From a virus: a stretch of DNA of 64,000 nucleotides. The notes under the pieces are model-generated. The model was not told the DNA's origin and did not search any database. It saw only the letters and a list, made by a program, of their open reading frames with translations. Of this stretch, positions 17,648-26,094 are shown piece by piece. The position numbers were made by a program, and so were the translations under genes. Each line of letters begins with the position of its first letter. Positions within the stretch are counted from its first letter, which is position 1. The stretch lies in the IMG/VR virus record IMGVR_UViG_3300017955_000001, positions 16,634 through 80,633 of that record; one strand, given 5' to 3'.

Positions 17648-18096
17648 ACCGGGCGGACGAGTGGATCGCCGAGAACCTCACCGTCGAGGCGAGCGCCGGA
17701 CCGACGGTCCGGCGCAACGTGCTCGAGGCGGCGGTCGCCAAGCTCCTCGCGGAGCGGGACGTCGACGTAGAGAAGTGGCAGGCGTACGAGCGAGACTACG
17801 TCTTGCCGTGCTTCAAGTGGGCCGAGGAGTCAGGGTTCGACCTCCGCAAGGCCGTAGCCGAGAATCCAGGTCGCAACTGCGTAGACCTGCTGGTCCGGTG
17901 GCTACAGTCCAGGGCGCGCGCCGCGGCGGCGTACGCCGAGACCGTCGACGGCGTGCGCGAGGCGCTCGGCCAGGAGGCGACGCACTACCAGGTCGTCGCC
18001 GGGGACGTGGAGGAGCTGGTCAAGGCGGTCGAACTCTGCGCGAGCGACGGCGGCTGCCGGGCGATGACCGTGCTCCGGAAGTTGAGGGAGCGATGA
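17644..18096 (+). CDS. Hypothetical protein
   Basis: ATGA-coupled ORF MNRADEWIAE... Confidence 0.6.
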   Translation: MNRADEWIAENLTVEASAGPTVRRNVLEAAVAKLLAERDVDVEKWQAYERDYVLPCFKWAEESGFDLRKAVAENPGRNCVDLLVRWLQSRARAAAAYAETVDGVREALGQEATHYQVVAGDVEELVKAVELCASDGGCRAMTVLRKLRER

Positions 18097-18272
18097 CGAG
18101 GCGCGCGAGAGTGGGGAAGGTCCCGAGCGTCCTCTACGTGGTGTGCTCCACGCCGGGCAACCCGCACGCTGCCGGTCCGCTGGAGGTGTTCACGCGAAAG
18201 CGGGACGCGCAGCGGGCGAGCCGCTGGGGAGACCAGCGACTCGTGGAGTTCGTGCCGAGGGGTCACGGCTGA
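18093..18272 (+). CDS. Small hypothetical protein
   Basis: ATGA/TGATG coupling on both sides. Confidence 0.5.
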   Translation: MTRRARVGKVPSVLYVVCSTPGNPHAAGPLEVFTRKRDAQRASRWGDQRLVEFVPRGHG

Positions 18273-19321
18273 TGCCGCTCCTCATCATCGAGACGAAGAC
18301 GTCGGGCGAGGACATCACGCCCGGCAGCGCTTACTGGCGCCGGATCCGGATGGACCCGCAGATCGGCGTCTACCTGCGCGCCGCGACGCAGGCGGGGCTC
18401 GACCCCGTCGGCATAGGCTACGACGTGCTGGGAAAGGTCGCCCTGCGGCCGCTGAAGGCGACCCCGCCGGAGTCTCGCAAGTACACCAAGCCTACCAAGA
18501 CCGAGCCGTCGCGCCTGTACGCCAACCAGCGCGACCGCGACGAGACTCCCGAGGAGTACGGTGCGCGGTGCCTCGCGGCCATCGCCGCCGAGCCGGACGC
18601 GTACTACCAGCGCGCGCTGCCGGTGCGCCTGCTACAGGAGCAGCACGACGGGGCGGTCGACGTCTGGCAGACGGCTCGGACGATGCGCGAGGCGCACCGG
18701 CTCAACGTCTTCCCGCGCAACCCGGACTCGTGCTTCTCGTGGAGCCGGGCGTGCGACTTCCTGCCCGCGTGCTGCGGGGACGTGCCCCTCGACGACCCGC
18801 TGCTCTTCCGGAGGGAGGAGAAGGACCACGAGGAGCTGGAGGACGTCTTCGAGGACGACCGCGCGGTGCTCACGCAGTCGAGCATGCGCACGTTCCGCGC
18901 GTGCCCGCGGCGATACCAGATCCGCTACGTACTGCACCTGCGGCCGGTGCTCCGGTCCGAGGCGCTGCGGACCGGGTCGAGCGTGCACCGGGCCGTCGAG
19001 GCGCTGCGCAAGGGTTACCCGCTCGACGAGGCCCTGCTCAAGCTCGACCACGAGGACCCGTTCGACTACGAGCGCGAGCGGGCGATGGTCGTCGGCTACG
19101 TGGCGCGCTGGGGCGACCCGACGCGGGGCATCGTGGCCGTCGAGAAGCAGTTCGAGGTGGACCTCGTCAACCCGGAGACGGGCGCGCCGTCGCGCACGTT
19201 CCGGCTGGCGGGCAAGATGGACGCTCTCTACGAGGGCGACCCGCGCGACTTCATAAACGCGCGGCATCCCGGCGTAGGCCAGAGCGCGGGTCCGAATCCC
19301 GCGGCCGGGGCGGAGGTGTGA
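18272..19321 (+). CDS. Circularly permuted Cas4/RecB-like PD-(D/E)XK exonuclease
   Basis: Motif order is ETK(7-9), QxxxY(30-34), C154/C161/C167, then LTQSS..C211, GSSVH, VEKQF, AGKMD(317): the canonical C-terminal half precedes the N-terminal half. Confidence 0.85.
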   Translation: MPLLIIETKTSGEDITPGSAYWRRIRMDPQIGVYLRAATQAGLDPVGIGYDVLGKVALRPLKATPPESRKYTKPTKTEPSRLYANQRDRDETPEEYGARCLAAIAAEPDAYYQRALPVRLLQEQHDGAVDVWQTARTMREAHRLNVFPRNPDSCFSWSRACDFLPACCGDVPLDDPLLFRREEKDHEELEDVFEDDRAVLTQSSMRTFRACPRRYQIRYVLHLRPVLRSEALRTGSSVHRAVEALRKGYPLDEALLKLDHEDPFDYERERAMVVGYVARWGDPTRGIVAVEKQFEVDLVNPETGAPSRTFRLAGKMDALYEGDPRDFINARHPGVGQSAGPNPAAGAEV

Positions 19322-19323
19322 CG

Positions 19324-20271
19324 ATGGCAGTAGACCTGAAGCGGATCACGAAGGGAAAAGTGGAGCGGCCGCCGCGCGCGGTCTTCTACGGGTTCGAGGG
19401 CGTCGGCAAGACCACGCTGGCGGCCGGGGCGCCGAACGTGTTCTTCCTCGACGCCAACCAGGGCAGCCACAAGCTCAACGTCGAGCGCGTGGTGCCGGAG
19501 TCGTGGGACGAGGCGTTCGAGTGGCTGGAGGCCATCGAGCACGGCCACGTCAAGTGCGACAACGTCGCGCTCGACGTGCTCTCGGACTTCGAGAACATGA
19601 GCCACGCGAAGCTTTTCCCCAACAGCACGATCTCCAAGTACGAGGGCGGCTACGGCAAGGGCGACGACGTGGCCTTGATGGAGTGGCGCCGGCTGCTCGC
19701 CCAACTCGAGCGCGTGTGGCTGCGCGGCAAGGGGGTCATCTTCGTGGCCCACGCCCAGGTGAAGAAGTTCGAGGACCCCACCGGTCCCGGCTACGAGCGG
19801 TTCGAGCTGGCGTGCAGGAAGAACGTCGCGGCCCTCATCAAGGGCTGGAGCGACTACGTGCTGTTCGCGCGCGAGAGCGTGACGACCGTCGCCGAGAAGG
19901 GCAAGCCCACCCGGGCCACGACGACCGGCGAGCGGTGGCTCTACACCAAGCGCACGCCCGCCTACGACGCGAAGGCGCGCGGCACGGCCCTCTTCCCGGA
20001 GAAGATCCCGATGTCGTGGGACGAGTTCGCGAAGGCGATCCGCGAGGACGACGCGCGCGGCGAGCAGATGAAGCGCGAGCTGGACGCGATGCTCGCCGAG
20101 ATCGACGACAGGGCGTACGAGAAGCAGGTCCGCGACTTCCTCGCGCAGTACCCGCCCGACAAGTACCCGAGCAGCCTGGTCGACTCGTTCAACCGGGTCC
20201 AGATCCGGCTCAACGAGAAGAAGTCCGGCCAGGCCGACGCGGAGAAGAAGCCCGCGCCCGCGGCGGCCTGA
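19324..20271 (+). CDS. AAA_24 phage NTPase (Sak4-like single-strand annealing protein)
   Basis: YGFEGVGKTT, FFLDANQG, VIFVAH, WSDYVLFA. Confidence 0.88.
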   Translation: MAVDLKRITKGKVERPPRAVFYGFEGVGKTTLAAGAPNVFFLDANQGSHKLNVERVVPESWDEAFEWLEAIEHGHVKCDNVALDVLSDFENMSHAKLFPNSTISKYEGGYGKGDDVALMEWRRLLAQLERVWLRGKGVIFVAHAQVKKFEDPTGPGYERFELACRKNVAALIKGWSDYVLFARESVTTVAEKGKPTRATTTGERWLYTKRTPAYDAKARGTALFPEKIPMSWDEFAKAIREDDARGEQMKRELDAMLAEIDDRAYEKQVRDFLAQYPPDKYPSSLVDSFNRVQIRLNEKKSGQADAEKKPAPAAA

Positions 20272-20321
20272 GAGTGTCTGAGTGAAGTGACCGAATTGTA
20301 GAACAAGGAGACCCGACCACC

Positions 20322-20843
20322 ATGAGCAACACACCCCCCGTCCCCCAGGCGCCGACCCAGTCGCCCACCGCCAAGCCCACCGACCCGAAGGAGGGCCGGT
20401 ACAAGGCCAAGGCGGTGACGCCCGACGCGACCGGCGCGCCGCACGAGTTCGGCAAGAGCAAGCAGGGCACCCCCGAGCTGCTCGTCCACCTGTTCCTGCC
20501 CGACCTGCAGCGCACGTACGTCTCGCCGCTGTACTTCTCGGCGGACGCCGCCCCGTACTCCGAGGAGCGGCTGCGCGCGCTCGGGTGCGCGGACATCACG
20601 ACGCTCGCCGGCATCGACGCCAACGAGGTCGACGTGGAGCTGAAGTACGAGTTCTACGACGGCAAGTGGCGCATGAAATGCCAGATCCTCTCCGGCGGCG
20701 GCGTCTTCCACACGTCGAACCCGATGCCGGGCGGCGGCAAGGAGTTCGCGGCGAACATCCAGGCGACGCTCGGTCGGCCGGTCAACCTCGGCGGGGCGCC
20801 CGCGACCGGTAACGGGTCGGGCGCTCCCAAGCCCCCGTTCTGA
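20322..20843 (+). CDS. ssDNA-binding protein (DUF669-like OB fold)
   Basis: EGRYKAKAV..GKSKQGTPELLVHL; Gly/Pro tail ending PPF; follows the Sak4-like gene. Confidence 0.7.
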   Translation: MSNTPPVPQAPTQSPTAKPTDPKEGRYKAKAVTPDATGAPHEFGKSKQGTPELLVHLFLPDLQRTYVSPLYFSADAAPYSEERLRALGCADITTLAGIDANEVDVELKYEFYDGKWRMKCQILSGGGVFHTSNPMPGGGKEFAANIQATLGRPVNLGGAPATGNGSGAPKPPF

Positions 20844-20844
20844 G

Positions 20845-21162
20845 GTGCTTAGGCGCGGGAGGGCGGTCGACGTCGCCGACCTGGGCGACGCCGACCTCCT
20901 CGAGCGCGTGCTCGCCCGGAGCGACCTCGACTCGACCGAGCGCGCCGCGTTCGACGGGATGCTGGGTACGATCCTGCAGCGCGTCGAGCAGTACGGCGAC
21001 GACGCGTACCCGCTGACCGAGCCGCAGCGGCGGTGGGCCGAGATGGTCGCTGTCCGCGAGAAGTCGCGGCTGACGGGCGAGGAGTTCGCCGAGGTGGTGC
21101 GCGCCACGATCGGAAGGGACTTGAGGTTGCGCGAGCGCGAGAGAGTCACGGAGGACGACTGA
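20845..21162 (+). CDS. Hypothetical protein, paralog of 22349-22795
   Basis: LDSTERAAFDGM...LTEPQRRW. Confidence 0.6.
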   Translation: MLRRGRAVDVADLGDADLLERVLARSDLDSTERAAFDGMLGTILQRVEQYGDDAYPLTEPQRRWAEMVAVREKSRLTGEEFAEVVRATIGRDLRLRERERVTEDD

Positions 21163-22007
21163 TGGGACAGACAGCCACCGCCACCACCGCAGAGCAGGCC
21201 CCCGCCGCACCGTTCCTGAAGTGGGCGGGAGGGAAGCGGCAGCTGCTGCCCGAGATCCGCGAGCACGTCCCCGCCGAGTTCGGTCGGTACTTCGAGCCCT
21301 TCGTCGGCGGAGGCGCGGTTTTCTTCGACCTGTTCGCCGCGGACCGGATCCGGTCTAGGTGCTACCTGGGCGACGTGAACGAGGAACTCACGACCACCTA
21401 CGCGGCGGTCCGGGACCACGCGGACGCGGTCGTGTCATCCCTGCGCGCGCACGCGCGACGCCACTCCGATAGCTACTTCTACGAGGAGCGCGCGCGCCGG
21501 CCGACGACGCCGGCCCACGTCGCCGCGCGGATGATCTACCTCAACCGCACCTGCTACAACGGCGTCTACCGCGTCAACAAGAGCGGCGGGTTCAACGTCC
21601 CGATCGGCCGGTACGCGAACCCGACCGTGTGCGACGAGACTAACCTGCGCGCGTGCTCCGAGGCCCTCGAGTACGCGGAGGTGGTCTGCGGCGACTTCGC
21701 CTCCGTGCTGGCGACCGCCAGGAGCGGCGACTTCGCCTACTTCGACCCGCCGTACCTACCGGCGAGCGAGACCGCCGACTTCACCGGCTTCACCGCCGCC
21801 GGGTTCAAGGCGTCCGACCACGAGCGCCTGGCGGAGTGCGCTCGTCGGCTCAAGGAGACCGGCGTGCGCGTGCTGCTGTCCAACGCGGACCTGCCCGCAG
21901 TCCGGGAGCTGTACCGCGGCTTCGAGGTGCGGGCCGTGAGGGCCCGCAGGAACATCAACAGCAAGGGCGGCAAGAGAGGGGACGTCGGTGAACTGCTCAT
22001 CTGGTAG
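21162..22007 (+). CDS. dam: DNA adenine methyltransferase (Dam, D12 class)
   Basis: FLKWAGGKRQL, YFEPFVGGGAV, YFDPPY, VLLSN. Confidence 0.95.
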   Translation: MGQTATATTAEQAPAAPFLKWAGGKRQLLPEIREHVPAEFGRYFEPFVGGGAVFFDLFAADRIRSRCYLGDVNEELTTTYAAVRDHADAVVSSLRAHARRHSDSYFYEERARRPTTPAHVAARMIYLNRTCYNGVYRVNKSGGFNVPIGRYANPTVCDETNLRACSEALEYAEVVCGDFASVLATARSGDFAYFDPPYLPASETADFTGFTAAGFKASDHERLAECARRLKETGVRVLLSNADLPAVRELYRGFEVRAVRARRNINSKGGKRGDVGELLIW

Positions 22008-22019
22008 TGGGGTAGATCG

Positions 22020-22352
22020 ATGATGGACCCCACCGCGTTCGGCCGGCAACTCGAGCGGCTCATGGACGGCCACGCCGACGACCTGTTCTGGCTGTCGCAC
22101 GTCGAGGAGCTGTCGCCGTGCCAGCTAGGCGCGTTCTACGTGGCGGTGCGGCTCGGGGAGCGCAGGCGGACGGAGAGGCGCGGCGGCGCCGGCGCGCTCG
22201 ACCGGGTGCTCGACGCGCTCGGGATGTCTAGATCGTGGGTGGTGGGTGGGCCGCGCCGCAGGGACCCGCGCTGCACGTGCGAGGCGATCCAGTCGGCGGA
22301 CGCGACGAGGCACTTCAAGGAGTGCCCACTCCGCGCGGAGCACCCCAAGTGA
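22020..22352 (+). CDS. Hypothetical protein
   Basis: 110-aa ORF in operon context. Confidence 0.55.
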   Translation: MMDPTAFGRQLERLMDGHADDLFWLSHVEELSPCQLGAFYVAVRLGERRRTERRGGAGALDRVLDALGMSRSWVVGGPRRRDPRCTCEAIQSADATRHFKECPLRAEHPK

Positions 22353-22795
22353 GCGAGCGCGCGACCGACCTCGCCATGCTGGGCGAGCTGTTGGGCGAGC
22401 ACGCCGGCGAGCTGTCCGACACCGAGGTCGAGGCGTTCGCCGGCATGCGGTTCGACCTGACCTCCGGGCTGCGCGGCGAGCGGTTCGAGCAGCTCACCGA
22501 GAAGCAGCGGTCGTGGGTGAAGTCGGTCCACGAGCGCCTCGTTCCGCAGTATGCGAACCTGGTCAGCCAGGGGCTCGTGCCGCGAGGCACGCCGACTGCC
22601 GAGTCGCGCGCGCTCGACGCGATGCTGGCGGGGCCGAAGGTCACCAAGCCGCCACCGAGGCGGCAACCGTGCGAGCAGTGCGGAGCGAAGGACGCGAGCC
22701 TCGTGCCCGACCCGTATGCCGAAGAGATCCTCGGTAACAGCAAGCCGTGCTGGCTCTGTTCGGACTGCTGGCGCGCGAATGCCAGAGACATCTGA
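22349..22795 (+). CDS. Hypothetical protein with a C-terminal Zn finger, paralog of 20845-21162
   Basis: LSDTEVEAFAGM...LTEKQRSW; CEQCG..CWLCSDC. Confidence 0.65.
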   Translation: MSERATDLAMLGELLGEHAGELSDTEVEAFAGMRFDLTSGLRGERFEQLTEKQRSWVKSVHERLVPQYANLVSQGLVPRGTPTAESRALDAMLAGPKVTKPPPRRQPCEQCGAKDASLVPDPYAEEILGNSKPCWLCSDCWRANARDI

Positions 22796-22806
22796 GAGGA
22801 ATAAGG

Positions 22807-23082
22807 ATGAAAACGCTACCGCACGCGGACTTCCTGCGCGAACTCTACGCGCTCTGCCAGAAGCACGGCGTCCACCTCGACGGGACCGAGGACGACGGCG
22901 TAATGGTCGTCCCGAACGAGGCCGACATGGACCTGTCGGACTCCGACTCGGGTCAGTTCGCGTTCTTCGTGTGCCGCGGTGACGGTTCGATGCGGTGCTA
23001 CGCGGCGCGCGAGACGATCACTAGCAATTTTGAGGCGGACTACGACGCGGGCGCGCTCGACATGCCTCCGGTGCGGAGGTGA
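22807..23082 (+). CDS. Hypothetical protein
   Basis: AAGG SD; MKTLPHADFLRELY... Confidence 0.6.
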   Translation: MKTLPHADFLRELYALCQKHGVHLDGTEDDGVMVVPNEADMDLSDSDSGQFAFFVCRGDGSMRCYAARETITSNFEADYDAGALDMPPVRR

Positions 23083-23216
23083 GCGCGCCCGTCGGGTTGC
23101 TGCGCTGGCAGCTGGGTCTAGTTGGTACGATGATCGCCGCCGGCGCCGTTGCGGTCTGCCCTGTCTGGTGGGCGGTTTGCGCGTGGTGGGACCTGCGCGC
23201 CAGGATCGCCACGTGA
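23079..23216 (+). CDS. Small membrane protein (45 aa)
   Basis: GGAGG SD, GTGA overlap, hydrophobic core. Confidence 0.5.
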   Translation: MSAPVGLLRWQLGLVGTMIAAGAVAVCPVWWAVCAWWDLRARIAT

Positions 23217-23275
23217 GGCCGCCAGGAGGAGCGATCATCGACTGAATCGAATCGCGCGAGTACGCTAACCTTTAG

Positions 23276-23533
23276 GTGGAACGAATGGCGATCAACGTGG
23301 TCGTGGAAGCGAATTACATCGGAGGTCAGAGAGTAGCCAACCGGCTGAAGGCTCTCGTGCGCAAGCCGGTCGAGTTCAGCGGGGCCGGCAACAGGGCGTT
23401 CGCTGCCAGCATCGGCTGGACGTACAAGACGAGGCGCGGCGCCCGAGCGGCCGCCGCCAGGCTCCGGCGCGTTCGCGGTGTCCACGTCTACACGATCGAC
23501 CTATGCATGTACCAGGAGCCTGGCCCGCACTGA
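23276..23533 (+). CDS. Basic hypothetical protein (start possibly 23285)
   Basis: ORF in operon context. Confidence 0.5.
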   Translation: MERMAINVVVEANYIGGQRVANRLKALVRKPVEFSGAGNRAFAASIGWTYKTRRGARAAAARLRRVRGVHVYTIDLCMYQEPGPH

Positions 23534-23546
23534 GGAGCATGTACTG

Positions 23547-23879
23547 GTGAGCACCCTCTACAAGTGCAAGGCACCTGGCTGCCAGACGGACAAACCTGCA
23601 ACGCAGGCGGACCAGGGGCCCGAGTTCTTCTGCCGGACGGCGGGGATGAACGAGCACTTCCGCGCACGCGACGACGGCACCAGCGCGCTCGTGCCGTCCG
23701 AGTGCTCACCGGGGTGCCGCTGCGACGACGGCGACTTCTTCCACGACGCGGCGTGTGCTGGCCGGTTGGCGAGGCGTGAGCGTGCGCGACCCGGTCCGGT
23801 CCACCCTTGGGACGAGTGCTGGTGCGAATTCCTCGAGCACGTGGCCGAGCACGGTGTTGGTTACGGAGGTTCGTACTGA
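23547..23879 (+). CDS. Cys/His-rich hypothetical protein
   Basis: GAGGAG SD; CKAPGC, CSPGCRC, ECWCEF. Confidence 0.5.
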   Translation: MSTLYKCKAPGCQTDKPATQADQGPEFFCRTAGMNEHFRARDDGTSALVPSECSPGCRCDDGDFFHDAACAGRLARRERARPGPVHPWDECWCEFLEHVAEHGVGYGGSY

Positions 23880-23896
23880 GGTGGGCGATAATGTTG

Positions 23897-24745
23897 CTAG
23901 TCGCGCCCCACCACCACGACGGCTGGGAACTCCTCCGCTTTCAGGTACCAGAGCGCGACGAACCGGTGGGCACCCTCGATGATGAACGGGCCCTTCTCGT
24001 CGACCCCGACGATGAGCGGGTTGATTTCGCCGGATTCTCGGATCGCGTCCGCGAGGCGCTCGCTGCGCTTGAAGTCGTCCGCGGCGTAGAACAACGTCCG
24101 CGGGCCCCCGAAGTCCGACAGCGGCACAGCGCGGACACCCGGGAGCGTCTCCGACTCGGCGAAGTACCCGTCGATCGAGGAGAGGTTGGGTACGTGCGCG
24201 CGCACGCGCAGTTCGCCGACGGACTCGCCGGACACTGGGTAGCGGGCGAGCGTCGCCTCGATCAGGTCCGCGAGAGGGGACGTCTCCTCGGAGACGACCA
24301 TCTTCCCCGTTCCGCGATGCGCGAGCCGGAGTCGGCTGGGCGCGATGTCCGCGTAGACTACGTAGGATTCGCCGATACCCGGTGTCGTGAAATCCTCGTA
24401 GAGATCCAGCCCGGACACGTCGACGGCCCATAGGTCGTGCCCTGACGCCCGCAACTGCCGAAGAGTTGGCCTCTGCGACAAGAAGATGCCTCGTTCATGC
24501 CAGAGTGAGTGCCTGCGAAGCAGGCCGCGAGTTTGAATCGAGTCTTGGTTGCTCGGGTGCGTCACGTGGTAGAGCGTCTCTCCGGTCGCGCCTCTCCGAA
24601 CGGGCGCAAGCTCGGCGCTGCGGTACCCGCCCGCGAACGCCGCCTGGCCCTGCCGCTCGGCCTTCCCGCGTGCGCCAAGGCCGCAGTAGACCTTGCCGTG
24701 GCGCCCCCACTGGTAGCAGCCACGGCCGCGGTGGTGGACGGGCAT
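23897..24745 (-). CDS. ADP-ribosyltransferase (Tpt1/KptA-like fold) fused to a ParB/Srx-like domain
   Basis: LYHVT..SIQTRGL..GIFLS..LWAVDV..DIAPSRL; C-terminal INPLIV..IIEGAHRFVAL; N-terminal YQWGRHGKVY module. Confidence 0.75.
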   Translation of the reverse strand: MPVHHRGRGCYQWGRHGKVYCGLGARGKAERQGQAAFAGGYRSAELAPVRRGATGETLYHVTHPSNQDSIQTRGLLRRHSLWHERGIFLSQRPTLRQLRASGHDLWAVDVSGLDLYEDFTTPGIGESYVVYADIAPSRLRLAHRGTGKMVVSEETSPLADLIEATLARYPVSGESVGELRVRAHVPNLSSIDGYFAESETLPGVRAVPLSDFGGPRTLFYAADDFKRSERLADAIRESGEINPLIVGVDEKGPFIIEGAHRFVALWYLKAEEFPAVVVVGRD

Positions 24746-24754
24746 CGGTCGGAG

Positions 24755-25876
24755 CTATCGGCGGCGCCGCGCGGTGTGGTGCGGGGCCGCGCGCCGCGGG
24801 GCGGTGACGGGGCGGCGACGCTCCGACACGGAGACCGGCTTCCAGAACCAGAACTTCTCGACGAAGTCGGCCACCCCGGCGTCGACGCGGGAAGCCGGGA
24901 AACTCGCTACCAGGTTGTCGTTGGGGCCGACCATGCGCAGGCGCCCCTTCTGCACCTCGACGCGAACGCTCAGCACCTTCTCGCCCTTCGCGATGCGGTC
25001 GTCGTCGGTGAGGCTGGCGCCGTACCGCTGCAGGGCGGCGTTGACGGCGGCCCGCTGCTCGGGGGTCATCCCAGTAGCGCGCGACTCCGCCCACGTCTGC
25101 GGGTCGACGCGGTGTTGTTCGCCGCGGCTCCCGCCGCCCCCGCCGCCGTACATGACCTGCACGAGTCGGACGCGCACGGCGTTCCCCAGCTTGCTGTAGA
25201 TGGCGCCCTCGAGCCGGCGGTAGTCGCCGCGGTCGATCGGGCCGTACTCCATTCGGTACCCGTCGAGCAGCGCACCCTGCGACACGAGCGGTTTCTGGAT
25301 GATGTGACCGATCTGACTCTCGTGCTTCCTGGCGAAGCGCTCGTCGGGGTATAGGACCTCGATGTTGTAGGCGTGGGCGCTGCTGCTGCTGTAGTCGGGC
25401 GGAGGCTGGCGACGTCGCCTCCCGGCCTCCCTCGCCCGCACGCCCGGCAGCCCCTGCTGCGGCTCTGGCTTGGTGACCTGCTCGTGCGCGAGCCGCACCT
25501 TGTCTACCAGCCAGCTGACGGTGTTCGGGTCGCGCAGCTCCCCGTCCATCCCCTCGAAGAACGCGTCGCCGTGCACGACGCCAGACTCGCCGCCGGCGAG
25601 CCGCTCGAGTTCCTGCGGGCCGATGTCGCGCCGGATGTCCCAGCCGAGCTGCTGGAGCATGTTGCGCGCGACCTTGCGGTAGTCGCTCTCGCTCTCGAGC
25701 GGGATGACGCTCGACGGGTCGCGCTGGCGCATCTCTTCGGCCTCGACCATCTGGTCCCAGACCCACTGGTCGAAGTAGTCGCTCTGCAGCTGGTCGCGGA
25801 CGTACTGGTGGCCCGCCTCCTCGGCGGCCTCGATCTCCGCGGAGTCGTCTTTGGGTGCGCGTCTTCGTGTGGCCAT
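24755..25876 (-). CDS. Acidic multidomain protein with Arg-rich linkers (may extend to 26094 across a frameshift)
   Basis: MATRRRAPK...; C-terminal APRRAAPHHTARRRR. Confidence 0.7.
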   Translation of the reverse strand: MATRRRAPKDDSAEIEAAEEAGHQYVRDQLQSDYFDQWVWDQMVEAEEMRQRDPSSVIPLESESDYRKVARNMLQQLGWDIRRDIGPQELERLAGGESGVVHGDAFFEGMDGELRDPNTVSWLVDKVRLAHEQVTKPEPQQGLPGVRAREAGRRRRQPPPDYSSSSAHAYNIEVLYPDERFARKHESQIGHIIQKPLVSQGALLDGYRMEYGPIDRGDYRRLEGAIYSKLGNAVRVRLVQVMYGGGGGGSRGEQHRVDPQTWAESRATGMTPEQRAAVNAALQRYGASLTDDDRIAKGEKVLSVRVEVQKGRLRMVGPNDNLVASFPASRVDAGVADFVEKFWFWKPVSVSERRRPVTAPRRAAPHHTARRRR

Positions 25877-26094
25877 GACTGTCTCCGTGATGTTGTTTCT
25901 GAGCATCGCGCGGAGCTGTCGGTACGCTGGTTTCGGATCGAGTCCCACGCGATCGGTCTCCACTCGCCGTCGTAGCGGAAGTATTCGGTCCGGCGCGTCG
26001 ATCCTCCGTAGGTCCCGACGTACTCGTCGTACATCTCGGCGCGGTAGGTCCACCCACCGTGGCGGACCTCGGCGGTGGCGATCGGGGTACTCAT
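25877..26094 (-). pseudogene. Probable 5' part of the 24755 gene, separated by a 1-nt frameshift near 25935
   Basis: MSTPIATAEV...WDSI joins PKPAYRQLRAMLRNNITETVMATRRR if one C is added. Confidence 0.5.

Noticed and set aside
18272-19321. Cas4-like gene as evidence of a CRISPR-Cas locus
   Set aside because: No cas1/cas2 and no repeat-spacer array were seen; the Sak4/SSB context indicates a recombination exonuclease.
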